DNA of 64,000 nt from Thermoplasmata archaeon (lineage in GTDB: Archaea > Thermoplasmatota > Thermoplasmata > Lutacidiplasmatales > UBA184): assembly GCA_022750335.1 (NCBI GenBank), contig JAKIVX010000003.1, positions 18,840 through 82,839 of the forward strand, written 5' to 3'. Positions within the stretch are counted from its first letter, which is position 1, and the number at the start of each line of letters is the position of its first letter. Under the pieces are notes generated by a model. That model was not told the origin of the DNA, searched no databases, and saw only the letters and a list, made by a program, of their open reading frames with translations. The position numbers were made by a program, and so were the translations under genes. Positions 36,884 through 46,131 of this stretch are shown here, one piece after another.

Positions 36884-37753
36884 ATGCCCCCCGCGGAACC
36901 CACACCCGCCGGCCGACCGACCTCCGCCCCGGCCGGACCGATGCGTCGTGGCCCGCCGGGCAGCGTCCTCCAGCGGATGGAGAAGGGACAGATCAAGCAC
37001 GTCGTCGCGGTCGGGAGCGGAAAGGGTGGTGTGGGAAAGTCCACCGCCACGGCGCTGCTCGCGACCGAACTCCGCCGCCGCGGCCTCGCGGTGGGGATCC
37101 TCGACGCCGACATTACTGGTCCTTCCATCCCCAAGTTGCTAGGCCTCACCGGACCGCTCACCGACCGGGGGGAGGGGATCGAGCCCGCGACTTCGCGCAC
37201 GGGAATTCCGACCGTCTCCTCGCAGTACATGGTCGAGGACGAGAAGACGCCCGTCATCTGGCGGGGACCGCTCGTGACGCGCCTCATCACCCAGTTCTTC
37301 GGAGGGGTCCACTGGGGGGCCCTCGATTACCTCCTCATCGACATGCCGCCCGGTACGAGTGACGTCCCGCTCACGGTCTTCCAGACCATCCCGATCGACG
37401 GGATGGTCTTCGTCGTCACCCCGCAGGACCTCGCCGCGCTCATCGTCAAGAAGGCGATGAACATGGCGCGGGAGCTGCACGTGCCCCTCCTCGGGCTCGT
37501 CGAGAACATGTCCTTCCTTCGCTGCCCGGACTGTGGAAAGCGGATCGACCTCTTCGGGGCCAGCCAGGTCGCGCAAATCGCCGAAGAGTACGGGATCCCC
37601 GTCCTCGGCCAGATCCCCGTCGTCCCCTCCATCAGCGGGCTCGGAGATGCGGGTCGGCTCGACGAGCACACCGGCCCCGAGGTCACGTCCCTCGCTGATG
37701 CCTTCGTCCGCTCGATCGACGAGGCTACGAAGGGGTCGACGACGGTCCTCTGA
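36884..37753 (+). CDS. Mrp/NBP35-family iron-sulfur cluster carrier ATPase
   Basis: 'VVAVGSGKGGVGKST' deviant Walker A, 'DMPPGTSD', 'CPDCG' motif. Start uncertain (36872 GTG, 36884 ATG or 36977 ATG). Confidence 0.85.
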   Translation: MPPAEPTPAGRPTSAPAGPMRRGPPGSVLQRMEKGQIKHVVAVGSGKGGVGKSTATALLATELRRRGLAVGILDADITGPSIPKLLGLTGPLTDRGEGIEPATSRTGIPTVSSQYMVEDEKTPVIWRGPLVTRLITQFFGGVHWGALDYLLIDMPPGTSDVPLTVFQTIPIDGMVFVVTPQDLAALIVKKAMNMARELHVPLLGLVENMSFLRCPDCGKRIDLFGASQVAQIAEEYGIPVLGQIPVVPSISGLGDAGRLDEHTGPEVTSLADAFVRSIDEATKGSTTVL

Positions 37754-38441
37754 CTTCGCGAAGTTTCGCGAAAGGGATCGACTCCACCGCGATGCCCTTC
37801 CGGCCCAACGCGGCCGCGAGGCCGGGCAGGTGGGCGTCCCCCACGACCGCCGCGATGCGGCCATACCCCTGAAGGCGGAGGACCACGAGGCGCTCGGCCA
37901 TGTGTTCGTTCCGCTCGTCCAGGAGCACGCGGGCGAGCGTGGGGCTGGCGAGGCGCAACTGTTCCGCATAGACCTCCGGAGACGCCGCGTACCGGTCCAT
38001 CTCGCGGGTGACGAGGCGGGTCGGCAGGAAGAGCGCGACCGCCGCCCCGACCAGCAACTGGACCCGCTCCTTGAACGGCATCGAACGGACGAGGCGCATG
38101 ACGGTGAGCCGGAGGGGGTCGTCGATCAGGAACAGCGGCAACTGTCGTTCGCGAGCCACCAGGGCGGCGACCTTCATCTCGGCACCCGCCTCCCCTCCTC
38201 CGAGCTCGGAGCCGAGGCGACGTTGGACCAGGGCCCAGAGGCGCGGCAGGAGCGGCAGCCCGCTCCGGTCGCGTGGGTGGGACGCGGGGGCGAAGAGCGA
38301 CCCCGCCCGCTCGGGGTCGAGCTCCACCGCGACACCGTCGAGCACGCGATCGCCCAGGATGACGCGCAAGGGGACGGAGAGGTCGATGACGTGCGCCGCC
38401 CCGAGGAGCAGTATAGGGGACTCGGTCGTCCGGGCGTACAT
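37725..38441 (-). CDS. TraB-family protein
   Basis: 'ILLLGAAHVIDLS', 'VAVELDPERA', 'ERNEHMAERL', 'AAVVGDAHLPGL'. Start trimmed to ATG 38441. Confidence 0.75.
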   Translation of the reverse strand: MYARTTESPILLLGAAHVIDLSVPLRVILGDRVLDGVAVELDPERAGSLFAPASHPRDRSGLPLLPRLWALVQRRLGSELGGGEAGAEMKVAALVARERQLPLFLIDDPLRLTVMRLVRSMPFKERVQLLVGAAVALFLPTRLVTREMDRYAASPEVYAEQLRLASPTLARVLLDERNEHMAERLVVLRLQGYGRIAAVVGDAHLPGLAAALGRKGIAVESIPFAKLREVRGPSSTPS

Positions 38442-38529
38442 CGTACGACGGAGCCCACCGGTCGCTATCTGCCTTTCCCGCGAACGGAGTCGGCAACCCC
38501 CAAATAGGGGAGGGAGGTCGGACCGGGCG

Positions 38530-38832
38530 ATGGCGTGGACGATCTTCAGCGTGCCGTCCTCCAAGCGGGCCGAGCTGGATGTCGCCCTCAAGGACGACCT
38601 CGTTTCCCGCCAGAGCCACACCCTCCGGGACGCCGCCGCGATGGGCGGGCCCTCGGACCAGACCTACATCCTCATCGATGGGTCGACCGAAGGGGTCGCG
38701 CGCGCGAACGAGTTGCTCGGGAAGGTCGGAACGTCCCTCCCGCCGGCCGAGGGAGCGATCGTGCACCAGCGGTTCCGGGACGACGAGGACGCGGCGTCGG
38801 CCGGCATGGGACTCTTCTTCACCGAAGAGTAG
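38530..38832 (+). CDS. Hypothetical 100-aa protein
   Basis: C-terminal part of a longer track ORF. From ATG 38530 it reads like a globular protein (MAWTIFSVPSSKRAELDVALKDDLVS...YILIDGSTEGVARANELLGKVG). No family recognised. Confidence 0.5.
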   Translation: MAWTIFSVPSSKRAELDVALKDDLVSRQSHTLRDAAAMGGPSDQTYILIDGSTEGVARANELLGKVGTSLPPAEGAIVHQRFRDDEDAASAGMGLFFTEE

Positions 38833-38836
38833 ACGC

Positions 38837-39628
38837 CTACTCGTTGGACGGCGCGTGCGACGGCTCGAGGTCTTCCCCGCCGCCGAAGACCCGCTGGCAT
38901 CCCTGGTAGAACGCTTCGAGGCCGGTGCCGTCCTTGGAGGAGGTCGTGATGAGCCCGGTCAGCGAGCCCATCGACTCGAGCGCACGGAAGAGCTCCGTGG
39001 ACAGTTGCGTGTCGGGCGTCGCGCTCTCGGCCGTGACCGCCTCGTAGAGCGACCCCGGCTCCTCGGACCAGCGCGTCATGCGTTCGAGTTGCTCGGGGGT
39101 CAGCGCGTCCGCTTTCGTGAGGACGTTGACCATCGGCAGTCGGAATCGGAACTCCACCGTCGCGCACAACATCATCAGCGAGACGAACCCACCCGGAGTG
39201 CGGGCGAGCGCCGGGTCGAACAGGAACGCGATCGCGGACCGGTCGCCGCTCAGTGCGTCGACGATCGCCTTCGAGGCCTCGCGGAAGGCGAACAGCTCGA
39301 TCTGGCCGGGCGTGTCGATGAGCACGTAGTCCGACTTGAGCTCCTGCACGGCCTGCTTCACGTCGAAGATCTTGAGCGCGATCATGTCGGCCGCCGCGAC
39401 CTGGGCGCCGTTGGGTCCGAGGCCGTACTCATCCTGGATGTCGGCGAGCCGCACCCACTCCCGGATGTCGACATCCGGTTCGAAATCCGTCCCCTCGAGC
39501 CCCGGGTCGAGGTTGACGACCGTGGAGTCGTACCCGGCGTTGCGGAGCCACTCGGCGAATGCGCGAACGAATGTGGTCTTCCCGGCGCCGGCCGTTCCGG
39601 TGAAGTAGACCGTGCCCGGTTCCTCCAC
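38837..39628 (-). CDS. GPN-loop GTPase
   Basis: 'VYFTGTAGAGKTTF' P-loop, 'VNLDPG', 'GPNGA' (GPN loop), 'LIDTPGQIELF'. Confidence 0.85.
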   Translation of the reverse strand: MEEPGTVYFTGTAGAGKTTFVRAFAEWLRNAGYDSTVVNLDPGLEGTDFEPDVDIREWVRLADIQDEYGLGPNGAQVAAADMIALKIFDVKQAVQELKSDYVLIDTPGQIELFAFREASKAIVDALSGDRSAIAFLFDPALARTPGGFVSLMMLCATVEFRFRLPMVNVLTKADALTPEQLERMTRWSEEPGSLYEAVTAESATPDTQLSTELFRALESMGSLTGLITTSSKDGTGLEAFYQGCQRVFGGGEDLEPSHAPSNE

Positions 39629-39928
39629 CTACTTCTTCCCCCCGGAAGCTCGTCGACGGGCGAGTTCCCCGGCGAGGGACCGAAGGAAGGTGGCCTTCGT
39701 GGTCGAACCCTTCTTCACGACCTTGACCCGCCCGTCAAAAGCTCCGGCGGTCCGCGGGTACTGTTTTCCGGACTCGAACTCCGCCTTGAAACCGAGGTGG
39801 ACGGCCGCGGCCACGATCTCCTCACCCGTCAGATCGACCAGCGCGAGGTCGGCCGGGATGCGGCGACCATCCTTGCGGGAGTGCTCCCGACCGAGATAGG
39901 CCGGATACACGTAGAAGTGATCGGGCAT
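39629..39928 (-). CDS. srp19: Signal recognition particle protein SRP19
   Basis: 'YVYPAYLGREHSRKDGRRIP' N-terminal SRP19 signature. 99 aa. Confidence 0.9.
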   Translation of the reverse strand: MPDHFYVYPAYLGREHSRKDGRRIPADLALVDLTGEEIVAAAVHLGFKAEFESGKQYPRTAGAFDGRVKVVKKGSTTKATFLRSLAGELARRRASGGKK

Positions 39929-39947
39929 CGTGGGCCCGTCGGCACGC

Positions 39948-40349
39948 TTACGCCGAGCCGGACGCAGCCGCAGGGAGCCGGACGCCGTTCAGGACCCCGT
40001 CCTGACCGGGGCGGGAACGTACGCGGACCAGTCCGAGCTCCGTCTCGAGGATCGCACCCTTCGTGATGATATTCCGCTGGACGTAGTTCGGGTTCGCCGG
40101 GTTTCCCCGAACGGTCACGATCTTGGTGTTCTGGGTCTTCTTGGTCGCCGGGTCGAAGACGTTGATCGTCTCGACCGTGAGGATGCGCATCTTGATGTTC
40201 GCCCCGCGGACGCGGTACCGCTTGACGATGTTACCGCCGAGCGTGGCCGACTGCAGCTCCCGACCGATCTCGAACCGTCGCTTCTTCCGGATGGGACGAA
40301 GACGCCCACCGGTGCGTTTGCGACGAGAGCGGCCCTGCCAGATACCCAT
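39948..40349 (-). CDS. rps8e: 30S ribosomal protein S8e
   Basis: 'MGIWQGRSRRKRTGGRLRPIRKKRRFEIGRE...'. 133 aa. Confidence 0.92.
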   Translation of the reverse strand: MGIWQGRSRRKRTGGRLRPIRKKRRFEIGRELQSATLGGNIVKRYRVRGANIKMRILTVETINVFDPATKKTQNTKIVTVRGNPANPNYVQRNIITKGAILETELGLVRVRSRPGQDGVLNGVRLPAAASGSA

Positions 40350-40406
40350 ACGACCCTGCGGAGGTCGGGCCGACCGGGGTAGCGTATATGACGTTTCTCG
40401 ACGGGG

Positions 40407-41285
40407 TCACGGGCGCCGTTCGTGCGAGTGGTCCTCTCCGAAGAGCCACCGCCGGCCCCCTGGCCATCCCTCGTCGGACTGGGTGAGGATCGTCCGGTAA
40501 TACTGATTGATCGGACCGACGCTGTAGTCGACCGCATCCCTCGGTCCGAGGACGTAGTTCGCGATCGCGGCCCACCGGTACTGGTCCCGCATTTCGGCGG
40601 CGCTTCCACCCGGGCGCGGGTGAGCGTCCAGGAGTTCCGGCCGATTCATGAGTTCCCAGGTCGATGCCGGCAGACCATCTTCCTGCCGGAAGACCACGTT
40701 CGCGCACGGGTCGACCGTGCCCCAGACTCCCCCACGCCACGCTTCGACCACCGAGTGGCCCCCGTAGGCCCGGTCGACATCCTCAAGGATCACGAGCCGG
40801 GCCGGGATGCGGGCGACCTGGAGCAGTGCCGCGGTGACCCGCGCCACGTCGGTGCACCAGTCGGAGCCGCGCGCGATGATCTCCTCCTCCGATCCCCCGA
40901 ATTTCATCTGCTCGAGTGCGACCGAGTCGGCCGGCGCCAACTCGGAAGCAAACCGAACGACTTCCGCGACGCGTCCTTCGACCGTCCCGCTGGCCGGGGA
41001 AAGTCCGCGAACGATGCGTTCGAGCGTCGGTCGCATCCCGGCCGCGTAGGTCACCTCGGTCGGGGTAAAATTCCGGTAGAGGTCGACCGCGGTGATGGGC
41101 CCCACGCGGACCATCTCGTTCCAGATCTCCCGGTCGACAGAGCCGGGAGGATGGGGGTCGTTCTCGAACATCGCCCGGTAGGCGGGCGGCAATTGTCGCG
41201 TGCCGCGATGGTCGAAGTAGGGATCCACGGACCGCGCCCTCCCTCGGGGTGACATGGGGGAGCGTTTCCGCGTTAAAGGAATCAC
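40407..41285 (-). CDS. Transglutaminase-like cysteine protease-fold protein
   Basis: 'GSDWCTDVARVTAALLQVARIPARLV' (catalytic Cys), 'HSVVEAW' (His), 'WGTVDP' (Asp). Confidence 0.75.
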   Translation of the reverse strand: MIPLTRKRSPMSPRGRARSVDPYFDHRGTRQLPPAYRAMFENDPHPPGSVDREIWNEMVRVGPITAVDLYRNFTPTEVTYAAGMRPTLERIVRGLSPASGTVEGRVAEVVRFASELAPADSVALEQMKFGGSEEEIIARGSDWCTDVARVTAALLQVARIPARLVILEDVDRAYGGHSVVEAWRGGVWGTVDPCANVVFRQEDGLPASTWELMNRPELLDAHPRPGGSAAEMRDQYRWAAIANYVLGPRDAVDYSVGPINQYYRTILTQSDEGWPGGRRWLFGEDHSHERRP

Positions 41286-41374
41286 GCCCCCAATCCTACA
41301 TACCGGAGCGGGAGGTGGTCCGGCCGGCCTTAAGCCCCGCCGACCTCTTCCGGCCCCGGAGCCCCGGCCGGTGC

Positions 41375-42031
41375 ATGAGGGTCATCGGAGTGGACGAGGC
41401 CGGCCGCGGGAGCTTCGTTGGTCCGCTGGTGGTGGGTGCGTTCGCGGTCGAGGACACCGCGATCGAAGCGATCCGGGCGTGCGGAGCGCGCGATTCGAAG
41501 TGCCTCTCGTCGGCGGCGCGGGAAGAGGTATACGCCCGTCTCCGGCCCTTGGGGGCCCTCGCGTCGATCGCCCTCAGCCCGCGCGCGGTGGACCGGGCGG
41601 TCGAGGTGGGAGGGCTGAACGATCTCGAAGCCGACACGTTCGGGGACGTGATCCGAAAGTTGGGGGGAGACGAAGCCCGGGTAGACGCGTGCGACACGAA
41701 CGAGGCGCGCTTTGGCCGCCGGGTCGCGCTTCGGGCCGGTGGGGCGATCCGAGTGGTCTCGTGCCACCACGCGGACCGGGACGATCCGGTGGTCGGCGCC
41801 GCCTCGATCGTGGCGAAGGTCCGGCGCGACCGCGCTCTCGCCCGCCTGCGGAACTTGCTCGGGGACGAACTCGGGAGTGGATATCCCTCGGACGCTCGGA
41901 CGATCGAATTCGTCCGGGGCCACCTGGCCCGGGAGGCCGCCGCCCCCACGTGGTTGCGCGCCTCGTGGTCTACGATGACAAGGGTTAAGCAAATCCGTCC
42001 GACTGTCACGCTGGATCGATTCTACCCATGA
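41375..42031 (+). CDS. rnhB: Ribonuclease HII
   Basis: 'MRVIGVDEAGRGSFVGPLVVGAF' with the DEAGRG catalytic motif, then 'SKCLS', 'HHADRDDPVVGAASIVAKV'. Confidence 0.9.
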   Translation: MRVIGVDEAGRGSFVGPLVVGAFAVEDTAIEAIRACGARDSKCLSSAAREEVYARLRPLGALASIALSPRAVDRAVEVGGLNDLEADTFGDVIRKLGGDEARVDACDTNEARFGRRVALRAGGAIRVVSCHHADRDDPVVGAASIVAKVRRDRALARLRNLLGDELGSGYPSDARTIEFVRGHLAREAAAPTWLRASWSTMTRVKQIRPTVTLDRFYP

Positions 42032-42363
42032 CCGTCGAAGAGACGCTCGCCGCCTTGGTCGAGCGATTCAACCGTCACGCGGAGCGGACTCCGGCGATGG
42101 AAGAGGAGTTGCAGGGGATTGAGCGAACGATCGAAGTGCGCCTCAAGGACGGCGGGACGTATGCCGTGGACCTTCGGAAGGGTCGTTTGGCCGACCTACG
42201 TTCGGGCTCGCCTCCGAAATCCGATGTCAAGATCATCACAGATGTCGCGACCTTCCAAGGGCTCGTCGCCAAGGAGATCGGACCGATGAAGGCCCTCGTC
42301 ACCCGACGCCTCGCGATCGAAGGAAGTCTCGAGGACAAGCTCCTCTTCCGGAAACTCCTCTAA
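42028..42363 (+). CDS. SCP2 sterol-carrier-like domain protein
   Basis: 111 aa. 'IEVRLKDGGTYAVDLRKG...VKIITDVATFQGLVAKEIGPMKALVTRRLAIEGSLEDKLLFRKLL' is a typical SCP2 C-terminal pattern. ATGA overlap with rnhB. Confidence 0.75.
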   Translation: MTVEETLAALVERFNRHAERTPAMEEELQGIERTIEVRLKDGGTYAVDLRKGRLADLRSGSPPKSDVKIITDVATFQGLVAKEIGPMKALVTRRLAIEGSLEDKLLFRKLL

Positions 42364-44198
42364 GAGTCCCGCGGGCGCTCGGACCGGCGGTCCGGGTCTG
42401 CGACCGTCGGTGACAGGTGTTGGACGAAGAACTCGGCTGCGCGGCCGTAGGCCGTCACCTGATTTTCCCGGCGCACAAGTCCGTGCCCCTCGTTCTCGAA
42501 CCGAAGGAATTCGACGGGGACCTTCCGTTCGGTGAGGGCCGCGACGATCTGCTCGGCTTCGTAGATCGGCACCCGGGGGTCATTCGCCCCGTGCACGACC
42601 AGGAGCGGGGTCCGGATCTGATCGACGTGGTGGAGGGGCGAAATCGACTCGAGGAACTCCCGGTCGCGCTCCAAGCTTCCATACTCGTCCTCACGGACCT
42701 TGCGGCGCCACGGACCCGTCCGCTCCAGGAACGTCACAAAATTCGCAATGCCGACGATGTCAACGCCGGCGCTCCAGATCTCGGGGTAGGTCGCGAGGGC
42801 CGAGAGGACCATGAACCCGCCGTAGCTTCCGCCGACCACACCCACCCGCCCTCCGGACTTCTCGTCCTCCGAGGTCGGGACGGCCGCTCGTACGAGATCC
42901 CGCAGGTCCCGGACGGAGTTCATGCGGAGGCGGACGTCGTCGAGATGCACGAAGGTCCTCCCGTAGCCGAGGCTTCCCCGGACGTTCGGCACGAGGACGC
43001 GAAACCCTTCCCCGACGAAGAAGTGGATCAACGGAGCGAACGTGGGGCGGGCTTGGCTCTCGGGGCCTCCGTGTACCACGACGAGTGTACCCCGGGGCGG
43101 CTGGGTCGGTACATACTCCCAGTAGTCGATCGATACCCCATCCTCGGCGCCAAAGGAGCCCAGTTCGGGAGAGAAGGCTGCACCGGGTCGGGGAAGTGGG
43201 CTCGCGGTGATCGGCCGGCTCTCCCCGGTAGTCGGGTCCAGCGCGAAGACCTCAGTACCGACCTCGGCCGAGCTCAGGTCGTAGAACAGGTGCGTGCCGT
43301 CCGGGCTCCAGGTCACCGAATCGACGACGCCGGGCTCGGGAAGGGGAAGGTTCGCGAACTCTGCGGACGCGAGGTCGTACACCCAGAGCGCGCTCCATCC
43401 GCGTTCGTTCGTCACTCCGGCGAGACGTCGCCCATCGGGCGACGCCCGAAGTCGCTCGACGTCCCCGGGGAATTCGCGGATCACCTCCGCCGTTCCTCCC
43501 GACAGGGGGTACCGGACCAGTGCGGTGAACTCCCGGTCCGGGTTCGTGGCCGCGTAGACGTCCGACCCGAGGAGGTCGGCACTGAACACTTCGACCTCGC
43601 CCGCATGGGGGTTCAGGTGACGCTCGACCCCGTGATCGAGTACGAACAGGTCCGTGTCGAGGTTCGTGTTGGAGCGTTCGAGGAGGGCGACCTCCTCCCG
43701 CGCGGCGAGGACCGAGACGAGGGCATCCTCCTGACGAACGAGGCGCCCCGGGGCCGCCGCCTCGACGTCGCACTCATAGACGTCGAAGAATCGAACGTCT
43801 CGCTCGTTCGAGGAAAACAGGAACCTTCGGGCATCCCGCCACGCTCCCGGCTGGTGGATCCGGTCCGGTCGGTCGGTGAGCCGGCGGATCCGCTCGCCGT
43901 CCTCCCCGACCAGGGAGAGCTCCCAGAGCTCGTTGCCGCCGCGGTCGGTGGCGACGACGACGCGCGGGTCGTGGTGGGAGGGAAGGACGGCCTCGACGCG
44001 CTCGTCCGTCGACCAGAACGGGTGGAGGTTGCCTCCGGCAGCGTCGACGGTCCACACCTTCGGGACCCCGTCCTGATTCGATAGGACGAAGAGCGTCTTG
44101 CCATCCGCGCGGATCCGTGGATTCCAGGAGCGGGGATAGGCAAGCCAGCGCTCCAAGCGGGACGCCAGCGAACCCGGCATGGACTCCGTAGGTTCCAT
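42360..44198 (-). CDS. S9-family serine peptidase (prolyl oligopeptidase/acylaminoacyl-peptidase-like) with N-terminal beta-propeller
   Basis: 'VGVVGGSYGGFM' nucleophile elbow (GxSxGG), 'VVHGANDPRV', 'FENEGHGL'. Start trimmed to ATG 44198; the upstream 145 codons of the track ORF look non-coding. Confidence 0.85.
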   Translation of the reverse strand: MEPTESMPGSLASRLERWLAYPRSWNPRIRADGKTLFVLSNQDGVPKVWTVDAAGGNLHPFWSTDERVEAVLPSHHDPRVVVATDRGGNELWELSLVGEDGERIRRLTDRPDRIHQPGAWRDARRFLFSSNERDVRFFDVYECDVEAAAPGRLVRQEDALVSVLAAREEVALLERSNTNLDTDLFVLDHGVERHLNPHAGEVEVFSADLLGSDVYAATNPDREFTALVRYPLSGGTAEVIREFPGDVERLRASPDGRRLAGVTNERGWSALWVYDLASAEFANLPLPEPGVVDSVTWSPDGTHLFYDLSSAEVGTEVFALDPTTGESRPITASPLPRPGAAFSPELGSFGAEDGVSIDYWEYVPTQPPRGTLVVVHGGPESQARPTFAPLIHFFVGEGFRVLVPNVRGSLGYGRTFVHLDDVRLRMNSVRDLRDLVRAAVPTSEDEKSGGRVGVVGGSYGGFMVLSALATYPEIWSAGVDIVGIANFVTFLERTGPWRRKVREDEYGSLERDREFLESISPLHHVDQIRTPLLVVHGANDPRVPIYEAEQIVAALTERKVPVEFLRFENEGHGLVRRENQVTAYGRAAEFFVQHLSPTVADPDRRSERPRDS

Positions 44199-44336
44199 CT
44201 CCCGCGCGGGAAGCGCTGGCCTTAATCGTAGTTTCGCTCGGAGCGTTCCGGATCTCGACCCGCCCAACGCTCCCGTCGGACCCCCCCCGCCCGTTCCAAG
44301 GAAACTCTCTTCAGGGGCCGCGCGGAACCGAGTTCG

Positions 44337-44990
44337 ATGCCCCGTCATCGACCCTCGCGCTCGTCTGCCTCGCGTCCCGCGCCGCCGCCGGTGGTGGAAT
44401 GGCCCGGCGAAGTGCCAGGGTTCACTCGCGGCCGAAAGACGGACCGCTACCGACGGGTCGGGCTCGAACTGGACGTGGAGCACGAACGGTACCGGCCGGA
44501 GCCGGTCGCGCTGCTCGCTCCCCTCACGTCCCTCCTCCACGAGCGGGAGGTCGAGGATGCGGAGGACCTGCTCACGATGACCGCCCAAGTGTTCCGCGCG
44601 GTCGCCGCCGTCGGCTTCCGCCAGGTGGATCATTGGGAGGCGCGGCCCGGCGGTTGGCTACCTCTGCCCGAGGCCGCCCACACCCGGCTCGCGGAACCGG
44701 TCGCCCACCTCGTCCGAGCGCTCTCCGACCCGGCGTGGGCGTCGGTGGGCCAGGCCCGGCGGTTTGCGGCCCGCCTCTCCGGGCCGGACCGAGTGCGGTT
44801 GGACATTGTGGTCCGCCGCGTCCATCGGGAACGGGTCCACGCGGTCTCGCTGGACCTCGGGGGAAGGATCACTCGGGGTTCCGTCGAGGACCTGGTCGCG
44901 CGGATCCATCAGCAACTCCCCCTCCTTCGGGCGACCGTGGCCGCGGTCGAATCGCCGATTGCCGCATCCCCCCCGGTCCGGCGCCGGTAA
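44337..44990 (+). CDS. Hypothetical protein
   Basis: 217-aa ORF divergent from the peptidase gene with globular-looking sequence (…LELDVEHERYRPEPVALLAPLTSLLHEREVEDAEDLL…). No family recognised and the start is uncertain. Confidence 0.4.
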   Translation: MPRHRPSRSSASRPAPPPVVEWPGEVPGFTRGRKTDRYRRVGLELDVEHERYRPEPVALLAPLTSLLHEREVEDAEDLLTMTAQVFRAVAAVGFRQVDHWEARPGGWLPLPEAAHTRLAEPVAHLVRALSDPAWASVGQARRFAARLSGPDRVRLDIVVRRVHRERVHAVSLDLGGRITRGSVEDLVARIHQQLPLLRATVAAVESPIAASPPVRRR

Positions 44991-45011
44991 GCGATCGCGG
45001 GCCCGAGCCGT

Positions 45012-45512
45012 TCAGGGCAGGAAGACGCACGCGGCGATGCAGACCCCGTAGTGGTCCATCGGGATCGACAGCTCCTCGGTCCGATAGTGGATGCGGCGGA
45101 GCTCGACCCCGCGGAAGTGCGCGATCTCTTCCATGCGCCACTTGAGGAACTCCTTCAGCGAGCGCTGCGTCCCGTGGACATGCCCTTCGGCGACGTAGCC
45201 GCCCTGTCCGTCCGTCCGGAACCCGTACGCGATCCCGGCGCTCACGACCTCCCCTTCGCCGCCTCCGAAGCGGGCGAGCACGGCGTGGGTGATCGCGCCC
45301 CGGGGCATCTTCGTCCGGTCGACCTGGCGGATCCCGATCGGCAGGACGGACGAGACGCTGACCAGATTCTGGTCACCGATCCCCGCCTGGAGGAGCGCGA
45401 GGTCGAACGCGTTCAATTCGCTCGTTTTGTTGATCCCCTTTCCGCTGGTGACGAAGAATCGGGTCGGGATCGGGACCAAGGTCCCCTCGGTGACAGCTCC
45501 TCGGGCGGGCAC
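45012..45512 (-). CDS. pdaD: Pyruvoyl-dependent arginine decarboxylase
   Basis: 'FFVTSGKGINKTSELNAFDLALLQAGIGDQNLVSVSSVLP', including the self-processing Ser-Ser site. 166 aa. Confidence 0.9.
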   Translation of the reverse strand: MPARGAVTEGTLVPIPTRFFVTSGKGINKTSELNAFDLALLQAGIGDQNLVSVSSVLPIGIRQVDRTKMPRGAITHAVLARFGGGEGEVVSAGIAYGFRTDGQGGYVAEGHVHGTQRSLKEFLKWRMEEIAHFRGVELRRIHYRTEELSIPMDHYGVCIAACVFLP

Positions 45513-45558
45513 GGTCCGGCTGAGGCCGGGCGCTCCTTAAAGTTTGGGCCGAGGGCGG

Positions 45559-46131
45559 CTACACGATGATGGCGTGACGGCGGCGCATCGAGGCCTCGCT
45601 CTCCCCGTGGGCGGCCATAAGCTCGGAGATGAGGCTGTCGGTCAAGAGCAGGCTCGCCCCCTCGAAGATCGTCCCGAGCGGGGCGTAGCGAGCCCGCTCG
45701 GAGTCGTCGGGGAGCTCGATGGCCAGGAGGACCGTCGCGGTGTGAGCGAGCTTCGACGAGGAGCGGGCGGTGAGGACGACGAGCTCGGCCCCTTCCCGGC
45801 GCACGATGTTGGCGACCTGGATGCTGGAGTAGCTTTCGCCCTGTCCCGAGATGATGAAGACGACGTCCCCCTTCTTGACGATGGGCGTGACGCTCTCCCC
45901 GATCACATAGGCCGTGAGACCGGTCTGGACGAGCCGCATCGCAAACGCGCGTCCGATGATCCCGCTCCGGCCGGCCCCGTAGACGAAGATCTGGGGCGCG
46001 TGGCGGAGCACATCCACCGCCTGGCGCACGAGGCTCGGGTCGAGCCGTTCGAGGGCCGCGACCACGCGGTCGGCGATGTAGCGCTGGGCTCGTAGGTAGA
46101 CCGGTGGGTTACCGGTGCGAGGGGCGGGCAT
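45559..46131 (-). CDS. hxlB: 6-phospho-3-hexuloisomerase (SIS domain)
   Basis: 'IFVYGAGRSGIIGRAFAMRLVQTGL', 'VVFIISGQGES', 'APLGTIFEGASLLLTDSLISELM' closely follow the PHI pattern. Confidence 0.8.
   Translation of the reverse strand: MPAPRTGNPPVYLRAQRYIADRVVAALERLDPSLVRQAVDVLRHAPQIFVYGAGRSGIIGRAFAMRLVQTGLTAYVIGESVTPIVKKGDVVFIISGQGESYSSIQVANIVRREGAELVVLTARSSSKLAHTATVLLAIELPDDSERARYAPLGTIFEGASLLLTDSLISELMAAHGESEASMRRRHAIIV

Noticed and set aside
44199-44633. N-terminal 145 codons of the 757-aa peptidase ORF
   Set aside because: R/G-rich, not peptidase-like, and overlapping a plausible divergent gene. ATG 44198 gives a normal-length S9 peptidase.
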